Shown: one piece after another, positions 1 through 12,321 of the stretch
Layout of the letters: the number at the start of each line of letters is the position of its first letter
How positions within the stretch are numbered: the first letter of the stretch is position 1
DNA from: Eledone cirrhosa
Taxonomy: Eukaryota
DNA: 64,000 nt
NCBI GenBank assembly: GCA_964016885.1
Contig: OZ024742.1
Span: 231,818,001 to 231,882,000 of the forward strand
Direction of reading: 5' to 3'
Translations under genes and position numbers: made by a program
The notes under the pieces: model-generated
The model's database searches: none
Told to the model about the DNA's origin: nothing
Seen by the model: the letters and a program-made list of their open reading frames with translations, nothing else

Positions 1-39
1 CACACAAAAGTTTGACAGTATGACAATAATTGGTATGGT

Positions 40-357
40 ATGGTCCTCTAACTCCTGATAGAGTAGTAGGGGAACTATATTGACATGGCGTTTCTTGGAC
101 ATTTTAAGCCTGGTAGAGCCTAACCCTCTCCAGACCTGAGTGCAGCAGATTTCTTCCAGAGAAAGATGGAAAGTGAGAGAGAAGAAATGAGAAAAAGATA
201 GAGAGGAAGAATCGACCTCCAGTACTAGACTGGTACTTGAATAGATGAAAAGCAAAGTTGACCTCGGTGGGATTTGAACTCGGAGATCAGAGAGCCGGAA
301 TGAATACCATGAAGCATTCTATCCGACGTTCTAACGGCTCTTCCAATACGCCGCCTT
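40..357 (-). mobile_element. tRNA-derived SINE (family S1) with 3' extension
   Basis: Reverse complement of the S1 head (B-box-like gagttcaaatcc, tttgcctttcatc, aaagtaccag); the extension at 85-200 recurs at 4264-4400. Confidence 0.7.
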
Positions 358-589
358 ACACCAATAATTACCCAAACATTAATACAGTATGCTGCGAATC
401 GGAATCAACTTCTCCATTCTTCCATCAATAAAATAAATACTATTGATATTCTATTTCCGATTCTATTAACCACGAGCCTAGTCTGGAATTAAGGTTATAA
501 TTTGTAAACTAGCTAAAATAATTTGTATTAGATCCGAGCCCTTTATTCCCAAATTCTTAATAAAAGTACTAGTAACATTAATTAATTAA

Positions 590-812
590 GTAGGGCGGTG
601 GATTGCCAGAATTGGTAGAGCGTCGGATACAATGCCATTGCGGTATTTGTCGCGGCTCTTTACATTCTGAATTCAAATCCGGCCGAGGTCAATTTTGCCT
701 TTCATTCTTCCGGAATTGATAAAAATAAAGTACCAGTCATGTACAAGGGTTAATTTAATCAACTTTACTCTCCCCCCCCCCCCCCCAATGCTGGCTTTGT
801 GTCTAAATAAGA
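590..812 (+). mobile_element. tRNA-derived SINE (family S1)
   Basis: A-box-like ggattgccagaattggtagagcg, B-box-like gaattcaaatcc, conserved body gaggtcaattttgcctttcat...ataaagtaccagt shared with more than 10 copies in the window. Confidence 0.75.
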
Positions 813-898
813 AATCATTGTTAATTTAACTGACCATTCGCTTTCTTAACAAAATTGAATCTTATGACTAATAAAAAAAATCAATATTTATGTCTAAT

Positions 899-921
899 TA
901 TATTTCTTTTATCATTTTCAG
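899..921 (+). promoter_or_regulatory. Putative 3' splice acceptor of a 5'UTR intron of the P450
   Basis: Polypyrimidine tract tttctttttatcattttcAG ending at 921, 22 nt before the ATG. Confidence 0.6.
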
Positions 922-943
922 AAAATAAAATCAAACTACAAAT

Positions 944-2485
944 ATGGAAACACTAACTTCTATGATCAACTCTTATAGGGTTGTATCTCAGAATTTTACC
1001 TGGTGTATGGGTCTACAACTTCTGAGTTTATTTTTTGTTTCGTGGGCTATGTATTCACACTTCCTAAAGGTATATTTTTCTCCACTTAAACATATACCAA
1101 GTGTTACATATATTCCAATATTTGGGTCGTTAATAGACTTGATAAGATTTGAGTCTGGATCTTATTACGAAATATGGATGAGAAAGTTAAATGCATCTGT
1201 ATTTCGGGTATTTTGGGCTTATGGATATGAACGAGTATGTGTAGCTGATGCAGATGTAGCAAAAGGTATTCTTGTTACAAAAAGCAAAAGTTTTAGGAAA
1301 GCTCCTGAAGGATACCGTATTTTAAAGAAATTCTTAGGAGATGGTTTGGTAACAACTGAAGGTAAACTTCATCGTAGAAACCGCAAACTTTGTAATGGAT
1401 CGTTCAGAAAAAACATTTTGAAAAATATGATCCCTACATTTGAATCATACACCAACAAATTAATAAATCAATGGGGAAAGCTTATTGATAATACAGATGA
1501 TGTTTACGCTGAAATCCCTATTCATTCAAATGTAACTAACTTAACATTTGATATTATTGGAAAAAGTGCTTTTGATTATGATTTTCAAGGCCTTCAAAAC
1601 AAAAATAACGAAATGACAGATCTTTTCTCAAAAGTTTCCGGTAACCTTGGGTTAAGTTGGCAGAGAGTTCTACCAGACTTCTTTCCATTTTTACATGTTT
1701 TCAAAACCAAACATATGAAAGAATACGAACGGTATATTTCAAATTTAGATAAACTTGTCTATCGAATTATCGAAGAAAAAAGAAATGTTTTGAGCGATGA
1801 TGATTCAAATGTCAATAATCTTCTTGAATCACTATTATATACCAAAGATGAGGATACTGGGGAAAAAATGAGTGACAAAGAAGTTCGTGATCACGCGGTA
1901 ACGTTTATGTTAGCGGGCCATGAAACTACAGCAGTCTCAATAACATGGGTTTTATTACAACTTGCACGTTTTCCTCAGATGCAAGAAAAAGTAAGAGAAG
2001 AAATACGTTCTATTCTACCATCTGATGGAAGCAATATAACAGACGACCACTTGGAACAATTAACTTATCTTAGATGTATTATTGAGGAAACTATGCGTAT
2101 TTACCCGGCTGTCTTAATGGTTAGCAGAGAAGCTATTGAGGATTGTACAATTGGAAATTATAAATTTCCAAAAGGAACATTTGTTTTTGTTAACATAACC
2201 TCTATACAAAAAAATCCCAAATATTGGAAAGACCCACTTGAATTTCGCCCGGAGCGATTCGCCGATCCTTCGAAAACTTATCCTTATTCTTTCATACCAT
2301 TCATTGCTGGAGGCAGAATGTGCATTGGTTATAAGTTTGCAATGATGGAGATGAAAACGGCCCTAGCTTTACTTATCAACAAGTTTGAATACGAACTCAT
2401 CCCTGGCATTACTTATAAACGGCGAGCCACAATAACCAGTAGACCAGATCCTGATTTAATTTTGAGGGTACGAAAGTTAAACTAA
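944..2485 (+). CDS. Cytochrome P450 (microsomal type, 513 aa, single coding exon)
   Basis: N-terminal hydrophobic anchor, I-helix AGHETT, K-helix EETMR (ExxR), PERF, heme motif FIAGGRMCIG; intact ORF. Family not assignable by eye. Confidence 0.96.
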   Translation: METLTSMINSYRVVSQNFTWCMGLQLLSLFFVSWAMYSHFLKVYFSPLKHIPSVTYIPIFGSLIDLIRFESGSYYEIWMRKLNASVFRVFWAYGYERVCVADADVAKGILVTKSKSFRKAPEGYRILKKFLGDGLVTTEGKLHRRNRKLCNGSFRKNILKNMIPTFESYTNKLINQWGKLIDNTDDVYAEIPIHSNVTNLTFDIIGKSAFDYDFQGLQNKNNEMTDLFSKVSGNLGLSWQRVLPDFFPFLHVFKTKHMKEYERYISNLDKLVYRIIEEKRNVLSDDDSNVNNLLESLLYTKDEDTGEKMSDKEVRDHAVTFMLAGHETTAVSITWVLLQLARFPQMQEKVREEIRSILPSDGSNITDDHLEQLTYLRCIIEETMRIYPAVLMVSREAIEDCTIGNYKFPKGTFVFVNITSIQKNPKYWKDPLEFRPERFADPSKTYPYSFIPFIAGGRMCIGYKFAMMEMKTALALLINKFEYELIPGITYKRRATITSRPDPDLILRVRKLN

Positions 2486-2494
2486 AACAAATTG

Positions 2495-2530
<36 letters not shown>

Positions 2531-3367
2531 GTAGAATTAATTGTTTAACATAATGAAATGAGAATATAATGAAAAGTGTGAACCGTTCTTGTTTTTCGAT
2601 GATGCCAATCAATTTATTTTACAATGAATATTAACCCAGACCTTCAATTTCCTCTGAAATTTCAGACATATATAAGAAATTATTATATATAATCTTTTAA
2701 AATTTCAAATCTAAATATAACATTCCCAGATAGCTATGATACAATATGAGGAAACATTGATTGAATATTAAATTGATTGAATATTAGATTGTTGAAATAT
2801 ATCTGAACAAATTATATTTGAAATAGAAGTCAATAAATATTGGTGACATTTTGTTTTTCCTTACATTCATAATATTTCTTTTGTAATTGGTGATACAAAT
2901 ACACTGAAACAATTGTGGAAGTCGACATATGTCTATCTTCAAAGTATTCTTCAATGATGAAGCTAAAGATTGCACAAGAGATCTGAATAATCAATATAAT
3001 GTACTGAGGAATTAATATAAATTCTTGGTACAAATAGAAAAGAGAAAAATTCCGAGAAAATTTACTGTCTTCTTTAAAATTTGTCTCAAGGTTATTAACC
3101 TATCTATTTTATGAAAACAAATTTAATTGTAATCTTAGCCGACTAGACTTAAAACCGACTTTGTTTTACAGGTTACTGTTCAGTGAATTTGCATTCCTCT
3201 TATCTAGTACTAGTATTTATTTCATAGGGTTAATGGAAATTGCTGATTCAGCAGGAACACACACTTCCAATCATCTTATCTTCGTCTATTGTTTTGCGTT
3301 ACATTTATATCTGTTCTTATTTTAAACTTGAGAGATATAACACATGTCACAAGAAGACCAATAAATA

Positions 3368-3520
<153 letters not shown>

Positions 3521-3974
3521 ATGGAGGGACGAGGGCTAAAACGGTGTTGTGTTAGAAAGGTAATTTCCCAGTTCAATAAATATAGACTAAAACTTTTGAA
3601 GAATATACTCCAGCATGGCCGCAGTAAAATTAAAATGTTACATGTTATTACTGTTCTGTATACATCTTTGGTAACATACTTCTTTACAGACTTTCAAAAT
3701 TACTTTTTAAACACATCCAAGCCAACCATGTCTATAATTAGTTCAAAATGACAAACAAACAAACGCAGGAATCAATGGTACAGTGTTATTAGCTTCACGC
3801 TTGGTGAGAAGGCGGGGGCGGTTACGACGTTTCGGATATAAGTCCTTCATTAGAGTGGGTTGGGGGCTCCGAGGGGGGGGGGGGGTTAGCAGGAAGAGTA
3901 TTAACGGACGGGAAAAATAGAAATAACACAAATATAAAACATGAAATCAAAATAGAATTAAAATTATAAGACTA

Positions 3975-4150
3975 AAGGCAGTGAATTGACAGAATCGCTG
4001 AGCGATGGAGAAAATGTTTTACGGTATTTACTCCTTTTGTTTTATAATCTGAGTTCTATATTTTCCAAGTTCGACTTTGCCTTTCCTCCTTACGTGGTCG
4101 ATGAAATTAAGTACCAGTCATGTACTGCGGTTAATGTAATCGACTATACC
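3975..4150 (+). mobile_element. SINE S1 copy (diverged)
   Basis: ggcagtgaattgacagaatcg ... gactttgcctttcctcc ... aagtaccagtcatgtactg. Confidence 0.6.
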
Positions 4151-4219
4151 ACTAAAATATTGTACCCTCCTAACTACGTCAGAAATTAATAATTTATAAG
4201 TAGGTATGCATGCATAATC

Positions 4220-4552
4220 CTGTAACTCTTGAGGGCGTCCTAGGGACTCCGTATTGATATACAGCGTTTCTAGGGCATTTTTAAGACTAGCGGAGCCCAT
4301 CTCCTCTCCAGGTCTGAATACAGCAGATTTCTTCCATAGAAGGATAGAGAGGGCCAGAGAATGGAAGCGAGAAAGAGATAGATATAGAGGAAGAATAGAC
4401 CAAGCATTAGACTGGTATTTTTTTTTTATCGACCTCGAATAGATAAAAAGCAAACCTGACCTTGATGCGATTTGAACTTAAAAACTAGAGAGTCGGAACA
4501 AATACCGTAAAGCACTCTATCCGACGTTCTAATGACTGCCAATTGGTCACCT
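4220..4552 (-). mobile_element. SINE S1 copy with 3' extension
   Basis: Homologous to 40-357. Confidence 0.6.
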
Positions 4553-4967
4553 AATTTATAAGTATGATAGATTGCAAAAACGTTCAGGATCTTTTCTTTT
4601 TTTCTTTTTTTTTTATTGTAAATATTGGGTCGTCAAATATGAAATTTGTAGAAAAAACAAAGTTTGTTAATGCCTCACTACAAATTTCATACTTGACCTA
4701 ATATATTACATGTAATGTATGTATGTATGTATACTTGAAAAACAATTAACACAAAATCACACAAAAATAAAAAAAAAAACAATAGCTTCACAATGAAAAA
4801 CATTAACAACTATGCAACTGGATTCATTTAGATAACGTTAGAAATCTGGTCAAAGCATAGGTTTGATTTTTTAGGATGTGTTTGTTTGTAGAGTAACAAA
4901 GGAACTCACAAATTGAATAAAGAATTCATAAGATCGAAATGATCGAAATTGATCCATAAGCCCGTAA

Positions 4968-5741
4968 TCTATATATGATATAAAAGAAAGATGTTTATTG
5001 ATTGGTTGGTTGGCTGGTTGATTGAATCACACGAAAACTACACACACACACACATAGATACACATAAATACACACACACACACATACACACATAATACAC
5101 ACACACACACATCTAGAGAGAGAGAGACACAACGGGAGAGGCAGAAAGAGAGAGATAGGCCGTATTACAGAGAGAGATACAATTAAAGTGTTAGATATTC
5201 AGAGAGAGAGAGAGTGTGAAGGTGACGTCCCACAAAGTCTAGAATCGGCCTAAACTATAGATCAAAATATATCAGTTGAAGGTTTAACAATATTGCATTA
5301 GCTTTTGTAAAGTCGTTTTACAGTCTTTGATTTTACAGAACAAAGAAAAACTGATAGTATTTGAAATTAATCTATTCTCCAGCTTTTATCCATATACTAC
5401 TCACAGTCCATACTAACGAAGCAACACTTCAAAACCAATGTTATGCGGTATATTGCTGTTTCAGATGACGTTCTTTGGAGTTGAAAAAGATCATACTGAC
5501 TATGGTTACTTCACAACATTTAAAATTCATGGCCAATGATACCATTTAATCGGCAGTTTACTCCCCCAGCCTAATAAGGAAGTTTTATTATTGTTTTTTT
5601 TTTAATGTCTCTCTCACACACACTGACACACACACGTTACGGTCTCACCTCATACCAGACAACACATCCAATACAGTCATTTTCTCTTTTATCCATCTTC
5701 TCTTAACTGTTCTCCCGGGCGAAGCCGGGTACCTCAGCTAG
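4968..5741 (+). mobile_element. Non-autonomous Helitron with Rep/Hel N-terminal remnant
   Basis: Starts TC after A (4967), ends with hairpin cccgggcgaagccggg followed by CTAG before T. Internal 5458-5580 reads FQMTFFGVEKDHTDYGYFTTFKIHGQ*YHLIGSLLP, resembling the Helitron FKIxGQxYHxIGSL motif. Confidence 0.85.
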
Positions 5742-6079
5742 TCTAATGATAAAAGAAATTAATATGTTTTGATTTTGTAGTGTTATATCTGTCATATTTA
5801 ATAAAATTCTTGAAAATAGTTGAAGAGAAAGACAATAGTTTTTGTATAATTGCTAACAAGCTGCAAGCTCTCACAAGTTAAATATTTAACTTTTTTTTTA
5901 TGATAATTAATTTCAGGTGTACAAATGAAAACTAATTTTTCGTCATATTTCTTCAATGAAAATTTAGCCCATATAGGAAACATTACTTCATTCCGAACTT
6001 TTCTGCTTTGATTTTCGATGATTCAAGATTCCCATAATTAGGAGGAGTCGTGGTTTCTCTTTTAAAACCATGCCACATA

Positions 6080-6260
6080 CATGCAAGCTGTTCGCTTTTT
6101 ACGCGAACTTGAAATACGAGAATTCGCTTTAACGCTAAATATTCACTTTGTGCGAATAACGCGCTATAACGCGTGTGGTATTTAATTCTTTCAGAAAATT
6201 AGAATTTGCTTTACGCACCGCGTTCAGGAACGCTTCTTCGCGTAAAAAGCGGACACACTG
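6080..6260. mobile_element. MITE (Tc1/mariner-pogo-like)
   Basis: Inverted repeats tgttcgctttttacgcgaa / ttcgcgtaaaaagcggaca; right end CACTG followed by TA. Confidence 0.6.
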
Positions 6261-6689
6261 TATGTGGATTACATGTTATATAAGCAATGTTTCAATTGTA
6301 ACTAGTTAAGATATCTTCAGAATGTATTGTTAATCCTGAAATGTTGAAATTTTCTTAGTCATAGTCTTACAATATATGGCTATTCCCATAAAGCTACATA
6401 AACCACTGCATAGATGTAGTATCATTACAAAGAAAACTGAATGTGTTTGAAGAATGGGTTTTAAACAAAGAGCTAAATTTCACTAAAAAGTTTTAAGTAG
6501 ATTCTTTACCTAAATATTATTTCTCCCATCGAAAAGAGATTCTAAATAATCTAGAGAAAATTGAGGAAGACGAACTGTCATATATGTCAGAGTTTTTCTT
6601 AGAAGAGTCACTCCTCTTAAATGATATATCTCCAGCGAAATCCAATTCAGGAGTCCACAACATGTAATATCTCTAGCAGACAGACTAAT

Positions 6690-7400
6690 CATTTTGATAA
6701 AAGAAAACCAAGAGGCTACCGCTTCATTTTCATGCCGATCACCATCGAGACTTCAGGTGTCCTTGTTACCCGAACAACCGTTCTCTTCAGCAAAATTGGG
6801 AGGAATGCATCCCACCCGAGGAAGAAGCAGCGGATGTGGCAGCCGTTCTCCGCAGCAACACCTTCGCCATTTTGCCCACTGTGCGCAGCTGATATACACC
6901 ACATAGATTGGGGTGAAGAGTCTGCCATTTCCTCACCCTTTCCCCTTACTATTTAATTCTTTTTTCCTGTTTATTCTTTTCGACTGGGATGCCACTTGCA
7001 GCGACATTTCTCCAGCCGCAACCTGGTACAGTCTGTGACTAACCCAGGTTCTGCTGCACGTCGGGTTGAGGAGGACAAACTCTCCAAGTATCGGTCGCTC
7101 TCCAACAGGTTTGCGGTCGTGCCCTTGGCAGTGGAGACTTCTGGTGTCCTTGGCCCTATGGCTACCTCCCTACTCACCACCATAGGCGCTGAGCTGGCCA
7201 GCCGCTGGTGTGAGCCTCGCGAGATGGAATGGTTCTTCCAGCGCATCTCACTTACAATCCTCCGGGGAAACGCCTTCTCCATTCTGTCCGCCGGGGCCGT
7301 GGAGAGGCCAGCACGTGGGACCCCATTTTCTCACCATACAGATGGGGAGGGCGAGAGAGAGATGGAGGCGATAACAGAGGTTGTGACCAATCCTTTATAG
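6690..7400 (+). mobile_element. CRE-like non-LTR retrotransposon 3' fragments (restriction-like endonuclease domain), two adjacent pieces
   Basis: WDATCSD ... KLSKYRSL ... VPLAVETSGVLG ... FQRISLTILRGNA; an earlier piece reads FMPITIETSGVL at about 6730. Confidence 0.75.
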
Positions 7401-7792
7401 GACAATTTAGTCTATTTGATGTTGTTAAAAAAAATATATATCAATTATTAAATACTTTTCCATCCAGTAGATTGTCCTACTTATTGATTAATCATTCTGA
7501 CAGCCGATTCAGACTGTTCGTGAAACACCATAGAAAATTTCATCAAAGGAATACCAAGTCAAAAAATTACAAGCCAGCTCCTCTTATTCGTTTAGCGTGG
7601 ATGTTTTTTTAAAGACTCTTCAAACTGTTTTAAACTGAATTTTTGTTTTGAGCATCAAGGATTCAAAATCTGAAATTAATTAAAAAGAAAATTTTAATCA
7701 TTTTTTTTTTAAATAAAAAAACTGATTTAAGTTGTTGGTTTAAGTTACAGATATACATCTGCAGCACTTTTTTTCTATACAAGTATACTGAG

Positions 7793-7881
7793 TTTACATT
7801 TGAAGAGTATAAATATATTTCGTTTACATTTGAAGTGTAATAAATTTATTTCGTTTACATTTGAAGAGGATGAAGATATTT
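7793..7881. repeat. Three-copy ~30 bp tandem repeat
   Basis: gtttacatttgaag... occurs three times head to tail. Confidence 0.8.
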
Positions 7882-8119
7882 AGCTGTTGCACTTCCTGAA
7901 AATTAAAAGTGTCGTTATTTCAATAATGATCAAAATGTAATAACGAATTGCAATAAAATATATTTATACATTTCAAATAGAAACAAAATATGTTTATATA
8001 TGAAAATAAAGTATTGCAGCTGGAAATACTTTGACCATAATCAGTTGTTGATTTTAAGTGTTAGGTGTTAAAAACAAGACTGATAAAAACCAGTCATTTC
8101 TTTAAATTGAAAGGGAGAT

Positions 8120-8765
8120 TTTCTTAAGGCGGGGTTCTATTAGTATCAAGGAACTCTCATGCTGCTGATCTAATGCATCGTATTTGTCGTCTAAACATTT
8201 ACTCAGCAGGAATGAAAAGCAGTACTCCCGAGAAAGCTTGCGTAGTGTTAAACTCGCGCAGGTGGAAAAGTTCAAGTAACTCAGAACCATTTTAACTGAA
8301 TTAAATGCAAGAATTGCTGGAGCTTATGCAGTAATGCGCCAACTTCAGCACTTTGTCATCAGAAGAAGGGGTGTAGGTGTAAAAGACAAACTCATTATCT
8401 TTAATTTGGTGTTCATACTTACCATTATCTATAATCATTAATCTTGGGTAATTACCGAAAGAATACGATCGCAAATACAAGAGGCCGAAATGGCGTTCTT
8501 CAGAAGGATCTTTGAAGTAATGTTACTCGATGGGTTGCGTAGCTCAGATATCAGGGGATCGCTCTGGGTAGAGCCGCTACATGTCCGATACTACGGACAT
8601 ATGGCTAGAATGTCTAAGGGAAGAATCGCTGGACAGATTTTACGGGCAAAAACCAACCGACAGGAGACCCAGGGGTAGAACACGAACAAGATGGTTGGAT
8701 AACACCCATGAGCTCGGTTGGTCTCGCTTGGGGATTCAGCTGGATCAGTTTGAGACAGTTACAGT
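8120..8765 (+). mobile_element. RTE-clade LINE 3' fragment (degraded)
   Basis: EAEMAFFRRI, RYYGHMARM, RRPRGRTRTRWLD motifs across frameshifts. Confidence 0.75.
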
Positions 8766-8917
8766 ACAGAGAAGTACGGAATATCTCGGCCTCGGGATGG
8801 TGTCTACATTTTGTGCTTATAAAAAAAATTCGTCGTAGATTACCAGGGTTTTTTCCGTAATAAATACTTTTGTTTATATTTTGTTATTGTGTATACAAAA
8901 ATATCCGTACACGAATA

Positions 8918-8985
<68 letters not shown>

Positions 8986-9565
8986 GTATAGGATTATCCA
9001 AGATGTAGTAATGGTTAATTACTACACTGGATATGGTTGACGTACGGTGAGAGGTTACTCTACGAGTTATGGAAGAATTGTTGAAGAAACTTAGTTCCTG
9101 ATCCTTCTGTATTCCGGAGTGTATATAAAGAATGAATAATAACAGGTAGACATCATAAAAAGGTAATTTATTCCGTGTGCTTACAAATGTTTCCACGGTG
9201 GTACTACAGCCTAGTTATGCTATGTGTAAATTTACAAGTATTTGCAGAACTCAAATATCCAATGCTGTGACCACTGTATCCTCAGAGCAGAATGGTAAAA
9301 TGTACAATGTAAATACCCTTAAGTGGGGTTGTTGGGGAAGATAGAGTAGAAAAGGAAGAGAGAAAAATAGGGGAGAGGGAGAGAAAGAGAAAGATATGCA
9401 GGGGTTGGAGAAGTAGGAGAGAGTGGTTTGTAGATATCTTAATCAAAATGTTATGGTAGGGGTATTTCTCTTAGAATCTCTCGCCTATCGTCTAACTCTG
9501 ATATTTTTAGTGAACACGCTGAATACTACAATAATGCATTAAGGAATGCCGACCACCGGGATACA

Positions 9566-10492
9566 ATGGAATACATTGATAGGAATTTCCATAACACCCA
9601 TAGCTCTACACGAAATCAAGGAATACGTAACCGGGGGACTAAAATACAAGCGCACACACACAGTACTACGAGACATACTAATAATAGAAAATCACCACCA
9701 AATAAATCACGTTGTAGAAAGTATATCTGGTACAATCCTATTTTTAATGCCTCGATTAGTACAAAACTATCTCTTTCATTCTTTAAGTTAATCAACAAAC
9801 ATTTCCCTAGTTCCCATAAATACAGCAAAATTCTGAACTCAAAAACTATTAGACTATCATACTCCACGGCACCAAACCTTGAAGCATACATAAAAAAACT
9901 TAACTTAAAGCAATTAAACAACTCTACAAAACAAAACATTTTAGTAACAGATGGGCAGAACGTAATATCTGCCTCCCAACCACTAAATGGGAGACGGGTA
10001 TTACACAATCCACCTGTACCGCTATCACAACCTATCCATGGTATACCCGCTACCCACAACAAAGAATGTAATTGCCATCTACCTGAAAGATGTCCATTGA
10101 AGAATGAATGCCTAAAGTCCAACATTGTTTACCAATGCACGGTTGAATCGAACGACCAGAAATGGTATTATATCGGATCTACCACCACCTCGTTTAAATC
10201 TCGCTGGTACCGTCATCGATTCTCAATCAAACATCCTAATCACCGTTTTGTGACCACGCTCGCCAACAAGACCTGGCAACTCCGTGAACGCAACCAACAG
10301 TTCACCTTAAAATGGGATATACTTTCCAGCGCAAGTGCATATCAGAGTGGATTGAAGTACTGCAGGTTATGTAACCTTGAACTCTTTTACATATTAAAAT
10401 CCAAAAACAAACTACTTAACGATAGAATTGAACGATCATTATACTGCAACCACAAACTAAAAGCTAAATTCTCTCACTATAAAATAACTTAA
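9566..10492 (+). CDS. PLE C-terminal region with GIY-YIG endonuclease (RT missing)
   Basis: IWYNP, CNC-x5-CPL-x3-C, NIVYQC...YYIGST...FKSRW...H, CRLC. Confidence 0.85.
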   Translation: MEYIDRNFHNTHSSTRNQGIRNRGTKIQAHTHSTTRHTNNRKSPPNKSRCRKYIWYNPIFNASISTKLSLSFFKLINKHFPSSHKYSKILNSKTIRLSYSTAPNLEAYIKKLNLKQLNNSTKQNILVTDGQNVISASQPLNGRRVLHNPPVPLSQPIHGIPATHNKECNCHLPERCPLKNECLKSNIVYQCTVESNDQKWYYIGSTTTSFKSRWYRHRFSIKHPNHRFVTTLANKTWQLRERNQQFTLKWDILSSASAYQSGLKYCRLCNLELFYILKSKNKLLNDRIERSLYCNHKLKAKFSHYKIT

Positions 10493-10981
10493 CATTCGAA
10501 CCCGTAACTATAACATCGCTTTCTAGCCAACCACCTTCTCTTCCCCTACACTACAAGACAATACACTGCTTATCACTATAAATGGTAACTCAGTGCAATT
10601 CGTAGATTACTACTACAAAGCCAAAGTTCACTCACCACATAAACTTCGTCTGTCCCCTCTCTACCTCTCTCTCTACATCCATTACACTCTCTCTCTCTCG
10701 CCTTTCGCCTACCTCCCTCTCCACATCTATGAACCTGCCCTTGGGGCAATAAATAATTCCGACCTTAACTATCAACGCATCTCTCCAAAAGTAACCAGTA
10801 TAATAAAACCCCTACCATAACATTTTGATTAAGATATCTACAAACCACTCTCTCCTACTTCTCCAACCCCTGCATATCTTTCTCTCTCTCTCCCTTTCCC
10901 CTACTTTTCTCTCTTCCTTTTCTACTCTATCTTCCCCAACAACCCCACTTAAGGGTATTTACATTGTACATTTTACCATTC

Positions 10982-11093
10982 TGCTCTGAGGATACAGTGG
11001 TTACAGCATTGGATAATTGAGTTCTGCAAATACTTGTAAATTTGCACATAGCATAACTAGGCTGTAGTACCACCGTGGAAACATTTGTAAGCA
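10982..11093 (+). ncRNA. Type I hammerhead ribozyme with extended stem II (mirror copy 9178-9289 on the minus strand)
   Basis: Stem I UGCU/AGCA; core CUGAGGA; stem II UACAGUGGUUACAGC/GCUGUAGUACCACCGUG; GAAA; short stem III; GUA cleavage triplet. Confidence 0.75.
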
Positions 11094-11140
11094 CACGGAA
11101 TAAATTACCTTTTTATGATGTCTACCTGTTATTATTCATT

Positions 11141-11213
<73 letters not shown>

Positions 11214-11671
11214 AAGACACCTTACGCCCCCTGGCGGATAATGGATCAGGCCTAGTTGTCTCCCCCTGGTGGAGAACACCGAGGTAACCAGCAGACAGCC
11301 ACGGGAAAGCAGACGGCATACACGCCACAGAAAACAGCCCCTGTACCACGAAACGATAAACAGCCAAGGGAACAGCAAACAGCAAACCCCACAATAGCTT
11401 TGTAATTGTAATACGGTCCCTTCACCACAACTGACCGCGTCTATATTTGGTATGTTTCATTTGTAATATAATAAACACAAATAAACAAAATAAACATCAC
11501 CATTATTTACATTTGTTGAATATAACTCTCGTTGTGGTTATTGTCTTGTTTACGCACACACCCACTCACTTTGTTATAATTCTCACTTACAAAGATGGTA
11601 AATAGACGAGGGACCTTCCCTCACGTCTATGTCGATAAACAATCCAACTAGGATACTTCATTTTACCACAC

Positions 11672-11686
11672 TGGTGACCGACGTAA
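11672..11686 (+). promoter_or_regulatory. Primer binding site, tRNA-Trp-like
   Basis: TGGTGACCGACGT directly after the 5' LTR resembles the complement of the tRNA-Trp 3' end (TGGTGACCCCGACGT). Confidence 0.65.
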
Positions 11687-12321
11687 GAATTTTACGCAGC
11701 CTTTTTATTCAGTTGAACTTCACTGTTATTACCACGTTGCCAACCTTTTCGCAACTTACGAAAATACAAAAAAAAGACAGAGAAATAATAAAGTGTTTAT
11801 ACAGTATTGACAAGGTATACAAACCAGCCAAAAATTTTTTTCAAGATGGCGTTGCTTTCCTTCCCCGTTTTGTAATTTTCCGCCAGGACAGGGACATTTT
11901 GAATTGCGTGTGTGTTGCATATTTGATCAAGGGAAAAAAAAACTTTTTTGTGAACATTACTGCCCCGCAGGGGATATATATGCCTTACTTCTTTTCTAAG
12001 GGATTTTTAGCCACAGGCTACCTATTGTTGATATGCAACGTGGATATATTCTAAGACAAACATTTTTTTTTCTCTTTTTCACGGGTTATTTGATTTGGCT
12101 TGCCCGTTGAAGCAACACAAGGGGACATACGTTGAAGGAAAACATTTTTCTTTTAAATATATATATGTATTTTATGTATTTTTCCTATTTCCTAATGTTT
12201 TAAATGTCTGTTTCTTTTTGACCTTTGATTTTTTTTCCATTTTGGGTGTTTGCTTTTCCCTGTACGAGGGAATATTAATTGCTGTTTATATATATATTTT
12301 TTAAATTTTAAACGTTTCACG

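Larger units (their letters stand above)
8983..11149 (+). mobile_element. 5'-truncated Penelope-like element (Naiad/Nematis-like) with inverted pLTRs 9122-9463 and 10808-11149
   Basis: ~340 bp near-perfect inverted repeats flank a GIY-YIG ORF; extra ~140 bp tail (8983-9121) on the left arm; (TA)n on both sides. Confidence 0.88.

Noticed and set aside
590-690. tRNA gene
   Set aside because: A/B-box-like head continues into a multi-copy SINE body; no complete cloverleaf.
7793-7881. CRISPR-like short repeats
   Set aside because: Plain tandem units with no unique spacers, no cas genes, eukaryotic context.
9566-11149. Selenoprotein/SECIS features reported for some Naiad-clade PLEs
   Set aside because: No in-frame UGA at Cys positions and no convincing SECIS by eye; a SECIS search would be decisive.
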